Positions 38,457 to 49,879 of a stretch of DNA of 64,000 bases are shown here, in pieces. A program made the translations under genes and the position numbers. Source of the stretch: Pocillopora damicornis (taxonomy: Eukaryota); the NCBI RefSeq assembly GCF_003704095.1, contig NW_020843670.1, positions 124,001 to 188,000 on the forward strand, in the 5' to 3' direction. Below the pieces are notes generated by a model that worked only from the letters and a program-made list of their open reading frames with translations, was not told where the DNA came from and did not search any database. Every line of letters begins with the position of its first letter. Positions within the stretch are counted from its first letter, which is position 1.

Positions 38457-41026
38457 TTTAGCACCTGTTCGTTAGGCCTTGTGCAAAATATTCATTTGAA
38501 TTTGATAGAAAGTGCATGCTTATTAAAAATATGAAGACTCTAAGCATTATTCAAAGATGTTTTATTGATGATTTGTAGACGTGAAAAGTTAGTGAGCCAT
38601 ACCCTTCCGCATTAAAGTGACGAAAAGCATGAATAAAAATTATTTGTGTCTCAGGTCTTCAAAGGGTCTGCAGACATTTACTCTGAATTATTTAGTGGGG
38701 AACTAATAAATCAAGAAAATTAAGCAGAGAGAGCGGTTGTCTATTCCTATATAATCAAAGCGATTTCCAAAAAAAGATAAAAAACAAATAAATTACAAAG
38801 AAAAAATCGTAAGAATCACGATCTATCTAAACTGTATATTTTTAAACAAAAATTAAAGGTCAAGTTTATATTACCAACGAAGATTTTAGCCGTTCTTTTA
38901 ATCTCCTACTTCTCAAAATTTTAGGTTTTCAATTTTAATTCATACATCGACTCTAAAAAGTAAATAAACGTTGAAAGATTAACTTCAAAGAACGATGCGG
39001 TGATAAGTATGAAACGTGAACGGCTTATATATGCCCTAAAATGATGTCACGTCATGCAGACAGCGAGTTATATAAAAATGCGGATAAGACAAAACAGCGA
39101 TTAATCGCTTGGTATACAAAGTCACGTTTACGTCTGACTCTTTGGATTATCGTTTGACGAATTAGCCTGATAAATTAGAGAGTTTTTCTTACAAAATGGC
39201 TGGATTTATCGAAAATAGGACTTCTTTAAAATATTTCTTACAGAAAGACTTTTCCTATGTTTAAACCCTGAGGCGTAAATGAGATAAAAATACTTATCGT
39301 TGGAATATCTTTATAACCTCGAAAAGTAGCGCTTAGATGGATTCCGTTTTGAGCATTTCCATTCTGATGATTTTCAAGGTGAGGGTCAGGGAAGATATCG
39401 AGAAAATATTTACATATACATGTGATTTGATAGCAAAAGAGATAATAGAAATACTATAAATCTAACTCACAAAAGCACAGAACTTTTGCAATTAAGTGGC
39501 TGGAAGCAGATTGAAATAAAATGAAACTTGCGAGGTTCCGTAGGACAGTCGACAAAGATAATTTGATTTGATGTTTTTTTTTTTTTTTTATCATTATTAT
39601 TTTTAACTAAAGGCAGCAAAGGGAGCTGCCGTCTTTTTCTAAAGTCAATACGATTTCAAACACCAACAATGTTAACCACAAAAAAAAAAAAAAACCACTT
39701 GCATCTCCATGACTTTTGTTATCCAGGTGAAATTGAACAGTTCGAAATTTTCAGCTAAGGGAGTGACAGCAACAAAGAAACAAAGCTTAGCATCCATTGT
39801 TGAAATCTCAACGAGTGATGAGAATTTGTTCAACTGAACATTAGAGATTCTCTGCTGAGGTGAACGGAAATTTGCATCTTTCTTTATGCGCAAGTCTCAT
39901 AAGATGATAAACGACAGTTAGCGAGTGTTTATTCAGTAAATTCGTCACAACAAGAAAACATTTAAAGCAGGTGAATCCACACAATAACCAGTTATTCTTT
40001 TTCAGGGAAAATTCGCAAGAGAAAAAAAATGTATTCTTTGTCACACAACTAATGAGTCACTAGCTCTAGAAGAAAAGGGCCGGGGTTACCTCTGCACCCG
40101 CTGAAGAGCATATGCTTAAATCTCTCTGCTTCATAACTGTTTGGCCATTGTCAGTGCGGTTACTGACAATCACAAGCACTCTCTAGTGTTCTTCCATTTA
40201 GCGCTGCTAAACTGAATTGAAAATTTCTCCATGTGATGGTTAATTTGTGTGAATAATAAATGAGTTACAATCATGAAAAACAAACAGACGTTAATAATTT
40301 CGCATGCAAAAACGTGGGCAACCTGAGTGTCTTAGAGTAGCTGACTCTCTTTCTCTCTGTACCACGATTCATGCTCCCGAAGCTTGCAGTCAATACATTC
40401 AAAAGAAATGATCAACACTGCGTAAATCGCCATTTACACAGTCCTTAAGAAGCTAATTTATTTCTGATACTCGGTTAGCAAGCATTAGACAAAGACGGCA
40501 AGAAAGTGAGTTCCAAACAATAGAAATCGCTAGCCAATAACACTGTCTCTTCAAGCAGATGTTTGACTAATGACTCGATTCGACTTTCCTTGTTGTGTTT
40601 CAAACAGGTACCATATGTTTCGCGGTTACTCTTTCTCATGGAAGTCAACGATAACAACGTGCTAGCTATGCCCGATACGACACACGCGAACGGATTTGTA
40701 GAAGAGAAACAACGAACTACGCCACAGTTCTGGGTTGAGCGATCCGTCAGAGGAAATTCCCGGGGAACTCGACCGCAAGTCAAGAACTGGTGACTTCGTA
40801 CCTTTTTTAAGTGTTGATCTTGTCGCCCAGTCGTAAACATTTGGCCTTGAATGTTTTGTGGCCTAACTTTAGAACTTATTTTGTAAAGCACGTTTTGTAA
40901 AGAGCGGCGAAAGGGAACTGTGCGATAACCGTATCAGATCAAGCAAAAAGATTAGAACACTTCTCCAAAGTACTCATTTTGAGTTTTTTGCTGATAACCG
41001 GAAATTTAAAGCACAACTTGGATCGC

Positions 41027-41524
41027 ATGGCTCTTCGATTTGGAAACACTACAAGACTTCATCACATTGACTTCCCCAAACCTTGTACAGAAAGTGGGGC
41101 ACAGACTTGGGAGCAAACAATGCCAGAGACGCAACATGAGTTGAAACAATCTCCGCAAGGAAATCCCAGTCATAAAACATCAAAAGTTAATGTTAAGATC
41201 CGCAGAAAACATGAAAAAGAGAACACTAAAAAATCTCGACAAGATGGAATTGCGCAACCTACAGAACTAAAAAGCGAAATCTTACAAAACAGTGGCAATT
41301 GTGGGTACAGTCTGGAGGCCGTTTCAAACCGATCACCATTAGGCAGTTTGATGACTCAACAGTCCATAGCGACTTGCCATATGAACTTAACCGTTGAGTG
41401 GGACGTTTTAGACTCGTTCTCGGAGTTTGCGACGTTTTTGGAATTACAAAATCCTATCTGCCCCGCTCATCTTATTGACACGCCAGAGAAGCTTCTTAGT
41501 GTTTTGTCCTACGAGTTTTACTGA
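41027..41524 (+). CDS. Hypothetical protein, 165 aa, single coding exon
   Basis: ATG in ..cgcATGG context; hydrophilic N-terminal part and a more ordered C-terminus (VEWDVLDSFSEFATFLELQNPICPAHLIDTPEKLLSVLSYEFY). No recognised domain. Confidence 0.45.
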   Translation: MALRFGNTTRLHHIDFPKPCTESGAQTWEQTMPETQHELKQSPQGNPSHKTSKVNVKIRRKHEKENTKKSRQDGIAQPTELKSEILQNSGNCGYSLEAVSNRSPLGSLMTQQSIATCHMNLTVEWDVLDSFSEFATFLELQNPICPAHLIDTPEKLLSVLSYEFY

Positions 41525-44500
41525 AAACGCGGTGTGACATGAATATTCACAAAGCTTACTGTGGTTAATTTCAGGGCATTTAGCAACGCTCATCGTAGAA
41601 CAAGAATTGAGACGATTCGGCGAAAAACTTGCCAAGGGTCAACTAGATTGGGTTAGGATAAAAACACACAACATTGGAAAAAAGTAAATTTACCTTGAAA
41701 TCTGTTTATTTTATTTCCTTGTCATTGGTAAACGCGAACGAAATTTTTTTTTCTTTTGTTGTTTTTCTTTAAGTCGACTGACCCCCTTAAGTTTTAAATA
41801 TCACACCGAATTTCTAAAATCATTTGACTTTAAAAATCTTGTCATTGTAATTTTGCTTGTACCACCTTGTCCTTGCATATTTCAAGCGTTTAGTAATTAA
41901 GTATACAAACTACGCGACTTAAGCTGACTTCTAAGCGAGCAAAAAAGGCATATTGAATGTACAATTTAGTCTTTCGCGCATCCCGTTTACCTTTTCGACG
42001 CGCGCCGTTGTTTTGCGATACGAGTGTCGCGTGTTGCTTAAATCTTTTAAATCGTACGCCATTACCCTTTAACGCGCGCGACGATAAAGATCTATTTTAA
42101 GATACCACTTTCCTGTAAAGTCATTAATATTCCTCTATGATTGCCACCTGTATAAGTGATATTCACGCGCTGTATTTAAGGGATGCACTGAAGGAGAGCA
42201 GGGAAGAGATGTGCTGAAGTTTTAAACTTTAGTTAAAGAACTTGGTGAAATTAAATTTTGACTTTTACCACAATGATATCAAACATGTTCTAGCCAGTGT
42301 TCCACTTGGTTTGTGAAAGAGTATTTTTAGTTAAAGCACCTTCTTGTTTTGCTTTAACTTCCCAAAAAAGCGCATTCAATGTTTTCGCTCGGTTGACCTG
42401 AGATACTACCAATTGTGTCCTGAAACTTGTACTATTTCTCAATTAAGAGAGAATGAACTGATTCCTTTTCTGTTGTGAGTTTTCTTATCCAATTTTTTAT
42501 TTCAAACCTTGACAAATTTAAACTGTAATGAACGTATGATAATAACCTTTCTCGGTAAACACTCCTCAACACCTTTCCTCTATCGCCTGAAAAAAAATCC
42601 AAATAAACGGTTTCGTTTCGAGTTTAAAGACCTGATTCATTTCTACTTTTTATTAAATTTCAATTTCTAAACTTCAATTTGAATTTTTTTTTTTGTGGGC
42701 GGTTTCTTTACATATTGAAAGCAACTATGCTAAGCCGTTGATTTTTTATTATCATTTTTTTTTTTGTTACGGCTGGAGGAAATGAAAATAATGAAAGGGC
42801 CAGTTTTTCCATGCGGTTTATTGTTATTTTATCTGTTATTTCTTGGCTGATGGTAAGAATACGTCACAGCCCTAAAAAGTGTCGTAAATAGAAATAACAT
42901 AAGTTTACTCATAGCGATAATTTTCTCTCAGTGTGCTATAGCTCAAGAAAGCAGAGAGAATTGTCTATTGCAACCGTTTGAAATAAGACGGAGACTTCTC
43001 TGCCAAGATTTGAGAACTTTACTCAAAAATGTTTTTTTCGTTATTGTTATAAGGAACGGCGAAGGACGTCCGCTTAAGGCTTGAATTTTGATCGCAAAAT
43101 TTCTTGGCCTGCACGTATGACTCAAGACAATGGCCAGCTGATTCTTCAATTGATGTTTGTCCAGCTTCTCTTTGATGACACAAAGGCGACCTCATGATCA
43201 TAAATTCATGCTAATGGCTCCCCTAAATAGAGGTTTTTGTTTTCGGTCTTTTAAAAGTCGTGATTACCATATTATTAAACCGAAGTTAGATCTCTCAACT
43301 AAGATCACATTCAAGAAACTTTTGTGTTCGAGAAACAAAGCAGTATTCATGTACCTGCATGTGTGTTGATAATCGTCTCTCCTGATATCGGCGCACTTTG
43401 AGGAGAGCAAACGAGAATATAAACCGATAACCTACGGTTACTTGCCACCGGCTAGAATGTTGATAGCAAAGTCTTAATTAACGTGTCTTGAATTATTTTA
43501 TTCTCTTTTGGGAAAAGAATATGAAACATAAAAGAAACGTGAACGGTCAAGTTAATTTATCGGCTCAGTAAAAGGAAAAGAAAACAGCGACAGATGATCA
43601 AAAAATGTGTTTTTAATTGTTTTGGTTCGCGATTGGTTTGATGGTATATTGCAAATAAATTTAGGGACAAACGGCACCAGTTCTAAAGCTGTTTGTTATT
43701 TTAAGACGAGAACAATGTTGGTCATAGTTTACAATAATCTAGCTCGGCGGTCTCCTTAGTAAAAGGAAAGTATACTTTTGAGAGAGGTTAGCTTCTTTGA
43801 CACAGTCAACTTCTAACATAAGTTTTTGCTTCAATAAATGTAGTTGTGCCAGATATTTTACTCGTGAATATCATACTTCATGTTTTGAGCTCTTTTCCTC
43901 AAGATATTCGTTGGAAACCTTGTATTGGAGAGTAGAGGATAAAGCTTAAACAAAAAATTTTCTTGAACGTTTTCGCGCGGCCAAAGTCGTCAATCCTTTT
44001 TACACAAGATATGTAATGAACAAGTAATAAAAAGTTCAAATGTTTATTTGACATCACTTGAAAAATAATTTTTAAAACTGCTTTAAATTTTTTTTTTCAA
44101 TTCTGATTGAATTTTATTTCCGTATAATTCATTCAGACGGCTCCTTTCTATTTAAACGTTTTGTCGGCAAACATTCTGACCGTTTCTCTCGCTGGTTGTT
44201 TTCATCATTAAGAACAACTATCGTCATTTAATTGCAATAGTAAAACAGTTAATATTCCAATCCTGCTGGCCTTCTCGTTATTTACTTTGGAACCTGAAAT
44301 AACCAAAATGTCCATTGATTTTTCTTTCCTCTTCGATAAACTGACGTCCAAATATTTCCTAGTTTTTTTTTAAATATAATTATCATCAACTATCCTTTTG
44401 CTAGGAGGTGTTGGTTTCACTCGTGTCCTTTAAACTTTTAGTACATTTTTGCATTGTATGTCTTCATCGAACAAAATTTAGAGAGATTTTTTTACTAAAA

Positions 44501-46886
44501 GCTTTATCTCTCTGGCCCACGAAAGCGTATTGTTATTGTTTGTCAAGTACAATAACAATAAAAATACAATAAAAATTTTATGTAATACTTTTGACGCACT
44601 CAAATTAAATCTTTGATGCAGTTTTAATGCGTGTAGATGAACTACTTTCTGTATACTAAACCAATATATAAGTAAATTTTGATGATTATGTTTATCAGTA
44701 GCAGGCCGTATTTCACTGTACGGCCCACCAAACTTAAAAGTTAAAGTAATCGAAATCTCCCCCCTCTATCCGGAATCCAATCAAGAACTTTACTAACTTT
44801 CATCTTAGAAAAAAATTAGCTTAAAGTTTAGTTATTTTCCGCCTTGCCTTTAATGATATAATATTTTATCCAATTACTAACTGTCTTTTATAAAGGCTAT
44901 ACAGCGCATTCAGATTGCCGCAGCCAATTTTGTCTGCTGACACTGTGTAAACAGTATTGACACTATTCTCAAATTAGGCTGGTTGCCTATGAAAGAACGT
45001 AGGCAATGGCCTCTGACACTTTCCAGGATAGCGCGTCAGCCCTTTTCAACTCTTTGTCAGCAAATTTTAGACCTTGTAGTAATTTTAAGTCTCTTAACAG
45101 GCAAACGTTAGCTATTCCTAGGGAGCGCTACCGGACCGGCGCGCAATAATCTTTTTAGTCTTTAATTCGTATTAATACATATTATATTCCTTTGTATAGA
45201 ATTATGTAATTATGGCCCATGAGCTCTACACCTGGGCCATAAATATGAGCAGAAAAAACGGTTAGTAAGAGGAATTTGATAAAAAATTTTCAAGCGAGAA
45301 GAGCTACAATACAATGAAGTGGCTAACAAGGCAAGACAGAGTAAAAGAGGAGGGGGAGGGGTGTACGGAAGTGAGTGAGTATTTACGTACCGACCTAAAG
45401 CAGAATTCCCGTTCCCGTGTCGCGTCTTAAGATATGGTTACAGGGAAATAGAAGAAGCCAAGGTTTTAGAGAGCCATGACAGTTAACAGCTCAAGTTGAG
45501 ACTTGAGCCCATACAATACATGTATTTGGTATCAGTTGAAACAAGAGGTAATCATTAGATTCAGAATGCGGCATTTTCACTGTATCCTCTCTAAGGTTTC
45601 GTTTTAATAAGAGGCATGGAAACAACTTTTACTGAAGCAGTCGAGCTAAAACGGGCCTCGACAGAAACCGTTAGAATATACATTCCTCAGATAAGCTCAA
45701 AGCCTAAAAAACCTTTTGTTAATTAAATTCTACAAACTTTGTTTGGGGCTGTTTATGAACAGGATCTCATGAGGAACCGTGCCACTAGAAAGAAGTAAAC
45801 GTATCTTCTTTCTGCGGCTGTCAGATAGTTTACGGTCAAATTGCCAAACCTCTACTATCCAGGATAGTTGGTGCACAGAGGCATTTTATGTTTGTTATGC
45901 CAAATCAACGAGGCCTAACGTGGCCTATACGTTGCTGCTTTCTCGATGCCGGCTATCTCGCCTTCCTTCGCGAGTCAAGGCCTAATGTCACTACCATTGG
46001 CTCCCTGATGTCCATTCAGGGGCTTTCACCTATCATCATTTTGTCATCAGAACATTATCTCACAAGGGTACCACGATATCCACAGCCTCTTCTTCCGGCT
46101 AAACGATAGACCTGGGCCCAATGGACCCAAGATCTATCATTTCTATCGGTCTATCGTCTATCTGAGCGAGTGCATGCTCTGCAATCCCTACCCCACGCCT
46201 TGTCTCAGGCCCCCAACTGATGAATTTATCAACAGGGCCCTACCCTTATTCGAATCTCACATCGCGTTCAGTTAGTTAGAAGTGAAGAGGAATAGAGGCT
46301 GTGAATAACCTAATTGAAATGAGATCACGTTCATTGTGCTGGCGAAGGAGAAGAGGATCTCTTTCCAATTGTTTGAGGTGTTGGGTTGCTTAAAATGAGC
46401 AACTTTGATGTGATGGTACCAGCTCACAGTTAGATCTATCCTAAGTGACAAAATCACGTTACAGATGCAATCATAACTTCACGAAACACATTCTTAATTG
46501 GTTGCTTACCATTTGTTATTTTGCGGAACAGTTATGCATAAATCATCGATTATTAGGAACCAGTGTCACAATATTTTCAGTCATTCTTTGCAACGTTCAG
46601 AGCCACCTATACCCTCCAACATGATGGCCGAGACCACTAAAATATCAGTTCAGTAAGATAGGAATATAACAGAAGAAATCATTCACCGAGAAGGAACAAG
46701 GATGGCTTAGTTTGGAGAGAATTACTAAGGATTGCAAATGGCTGACTCGAACTTGATTGTTCCTTTAACAAAAACCCCCTAATTCCAATTTGATGAACTG
46801 GTGACCGTCTCGAACTGCTCTTTAAATCATTGAAAACCTTAACCACCCAAATGATTGGAGCAGCTGTTTCATTGACTGTAATTAAG

Positions 46887-47825
46887 TTAGCTTCTTGCGT
46901 TATCTTTCCATTTTTTTGCTTTTTCTGTCTTGTCTTTCAGTTGCTTGATTTGTTTCTCCCTTGCTTCAATTTTTCTCATCAGTTCAGTGTTGTCTTTTAA
47001 CTGTTTTTGATAAAGACTCTCAGCCTGTGTCCTCTCTGCTTCAATATCTTCAAGATTTTTGTCTTTGAGCGCCAGTGCCTCAGTCATTCGTTTTTGTATC
47101 GTTTTGTATTCTAAGAGCTTTTCGTCCTTTTCCCTTTTTAAAGTTTCAACAACATGAGCGATGTCTCCTTCTTTCTTGTTCCTCTCTCTGATGAATTTAT
47201 TTCTCTTTTCAATCTTGGCTTTGAGATCTCCTATCATGTCGTGTGCTTCCTGTAAAGTTCTTCTCGATGCCGTGTTATCATACTCCAGTTTTCTCACTTC
47301 TCTACCTTGACGATACATTAAACTCAGGTTCTTACGAAACACATCGCCTTCTACGAAGTCAACTCCTTCATTCAAAGAAGACAACAGATAAGGTTCAGTC
47401 AGGGCCCTTTGTCGTTTTGATTGAACTGGGATGGATGGAAGCTCGAATTCACTGTTCCTTGACAAATTACCTGAATCTCGACAAGGAGTTTTTAAAGACA
47501 TACGGTTTGGTACTCCAGATCTGTTCATATTCTGTTGCCGAAGTTGAGCGTGTTCTGTACTCAGATGTTTATCTTCACCCCGCCTGGTTTTGCCGGTCTG
47601 TGTTGATGTACTTGGAACTTTGACTTTGCGGTGTGGACTAACACTCTTCGCTCTTACAATCTCTGGTTCAAGGAACTCTTGGTGTACTGCAACTTCCCAG
47701 ATCAGACTTTGGTCAAAGCAAGTCTTACTTTCAGTTTGCTCGTCTACAGGCGAGAATTCGCTACCATCGAAATCATTGTCAGGATCAATTGAGGGCAGCG
47801 AAGCGACTAAACCATCCGCTGCCAT
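46887..47825 (-). CDS. Hypothetical coiled-coil protein A, 312 aa (disordered N-terminus, C-terminal coiled coil)
   Basis: 939-nt open frame from ATG (MAADGLVAS...); E/K/R/L-rich heptad pattern over the last ~130 aa; aligns with the 49394 ORF. Confidence 0.78.
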   Translation of the reverse strand: MAADGLVASLPSIDPDNDFDGSEFSPVDEQTESKTCFDQSLIWEVAVHQEFLEPEIVRAKSVSPHRKVKVPSTSTQTGKTRRGEDKHLSTEHAQLRQQNMNRSGVPNRMSLKTPCRDSGNLSRNSEFELPSIPVQSKRQRALTEPYLLSSLNEGVDFVEGDVFRKNLSLMYRQGREVRKLEYDNTASRRTLQEAHDMIGDLKAKIEKRNKFIRERNKKEGDIAHVVETLKREKDEKLLEYKTIQKRMTEALALKDKNLEDIEAERTQAESLYQKQLKDNTELMRKIEAREKQIKQLKDKTEKAKKWKDNARS

Positions 47826-48943
47826 ATTTAATCTTTTCAAGTTTACGGCTTTTCAAAAGTTGTCTGTCCTGGCTGAAGAGTCGAAAGTCGCCTTCAAGTC
47901 AGTACATGTATCGTGATGTTCAATCCTATGACTCAGCACACCGTTATTGTTCGACCCTTTTCGTGACAGGGGCAGGAAATCAAATTAAATTTAGTTCTGC
48001 TTAACCAACGCCAGAGAAAAAATAATGTTTACTTGTTACCACGACGTCGCATATAATTAACGCAGACGTCAAGTGTCATAACAAAGGCGTCAATTTCACT
48101 TCATGTAAGTACCTTAGACGGATGCTAACGAGATAGCTCAGATGATATGATGATATGTAATGAACACTGAGTGTTACTGAGGAAATCGGCGAGACTCAAA
48201 AGTCACCCAACTCAAAATCATGCGTCACCGGGTTGTAGAGTTAACAAAACGCATGTCACGTTTGACTTAATTACTATCACTGCTTTATTAAGGGCAAGGC
48301 ACAAATGTCAGTAATTAGCATTTATGGACGAATGTCTTGTTTAACAGGTCTACTGCTCCAGCGTCTTTAGAGCGGAAGTCTAACATGTCACTGCACTTCA
48401 GTTTGGTTGGGGTCAATAATGTGCTTAACTTCTGGTGATATCGACAAGGCCTGCAAAACGACCCAATGAACATATCAACAGTGGACAGACTGATAACATA
48501 ATTGCAAATAAGTCGTCATGCTTAGACGGATACTCATGGACTACCACTAAACAGTAAACGATTATTTATTAAGATGACGATATCACCACAGCAGAGTAGA
48601 TACTGGCTAAACGAGCTACTATCCATTCGTCGAACAAAAGTTATAAAGTAGTTTGTCCTACAGTCAATTTTGTACAATTATAGTCTGCCATGTACAAAAA
48701 CTTAAAAGCTCGTCACCATCTTCTCAAACAATGATTCCCTCAGCAATTGTTATTCGCGTGTATTAAGCTAAAACTTCAACCAAATGTTAATTGACTTCCA
48801 ATAACTGACGCTTTTGTTTTCCAATGCTGAGAGACAAACGAAAAACAAAAGAAATCTACGCGGGCAAACATTATTAACATTAACAATAATGGTAAGCTAT
48901 ATTTGCAAGAGCGGATAACATTTTTATTGCACCGGGGCTAAAG

Positions 48944-48951
48944 TATATAAG
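48944..48951 (+). promoter_or_regulatory. Candidate TATA box (TATATAAG) for coiled-coil gene B
   Basis: TATATAAG about 450 bp upstream of the ATG at 49394, in the divergent spacer. Confidence 0.35.
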
Positions 48952-49393
48952 GCTGCACATATTGATTCGAACATCTTTCTGCACAGCCAGAGAAGGCAAA
49001 CTCAGCAAACACATCAACTATATTGTTTCTTCAACTTTCTGGTGCTGTTTGACGTAACAAAATTACAATGGCGTCTTAGAGCTACTGAAAGACAAAAACA
49101 AGAACTTTCCTCTGGGGAATAAGCACTACGCAAATTTTCTTTCAGCGAATGATCAATGCCATTAGGAAGATTTTGGTACTTGATTGTTAACAAGTAATTG
49201 CAGCTGCAACCCAGTGGCGGGAGCGAATTTTTATAATCAGTCGTTCGAGATCTACGAAATTACAACGTCGAGGCACAATATATTGATAAAGAAGAAGAAG
49301 ACGAACGTTTCGAAAGTATTTCGAAGGAAATATATCAAGTCCTTTTCTCCAATCAGGAAAAATAGTATTGCGCTCTGTCGTCTCTTTATAATC

Positions 49394-49879
49394 ATGAGAA
49401 GGGCAACAATTTGTCATCAAGAGAGAACAATTCAAGTTAATAATGACGCACTGCTCTCGCTCGAGAGGAGTAAAATTGACATTATGAACGAAGTTGCGAG
49501 GGCGTATCACGAAATTGAGGAATTGAAAGCAAAGCTCGCCAAGAAAAACAGTCAAATAAAGAACTCTCACGACTTTCAGGACACTCTATTACTTCAGGCA
49601 GAGAAACTAAGGTACGAAAAAGAGCAGATAAGTCAAAGATGCGACAGTGTTATGCAGGAAATGATGGATCGCCTTCGGGTCAAGCAGGACATCATCTCAC
49701 AAGTCAGGGAGGAGATAGAGAAATATGTTAAGCTGAAACTTGAGGTCCAAAACAGGAACCAAGTCCTAAGAGAGCGGCTTGAGAAGCGAGACAAGATAAT
49801 CGCTGGACTGAAAACTAAATTGACAATGATGAGTAGCTGGACTGTACGTTCCACAAGCAGCGCACAAATTGTGAGTTGA
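49394..49879 (+). CDS. Hypothetical coiled-coil protein B, 161 aa
   Basis: ATG MRRATICHQ...; nearly continuous heptad pattern; gapless similarity to the C-terminal half of protein A. Confidence 0.72.
   Translation: MRRATICHQERTIQVNNDALLSLERSKIDIMNEVARAYHEIEELKAKLAKKNSQIKNSHDFQDTLLLQAEKLRYEKEQISQRCDSVMQEMMDRLRVKQDIISQVREEIEKYVKLKLEVQNRNQVLRERLEKRDKIIAGLKTKLTMMSSWTVRSTSSAQIVS

Noticed and set aside
42811-42891. Third signal-peptide gene (MRFIVILSVISWLM|GTAAG)
   Set aside because: Only a short hydrophobic stretch in T-rich DNA; no SxG cleavage motif, Trp motif or convincing second exon.
45770-46463. Second solo LTR (TG...GTTACA, GC-richer block)
   Set aside because: No target-site duplication and poor terminal inverted match; may be an old repeat but cannot be supported.
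47243-48004. Plus-strand ORFs opposite coiled-coil gene A
   Set aside because: Antisense shadows with non-ATG starts and no protein-like features.
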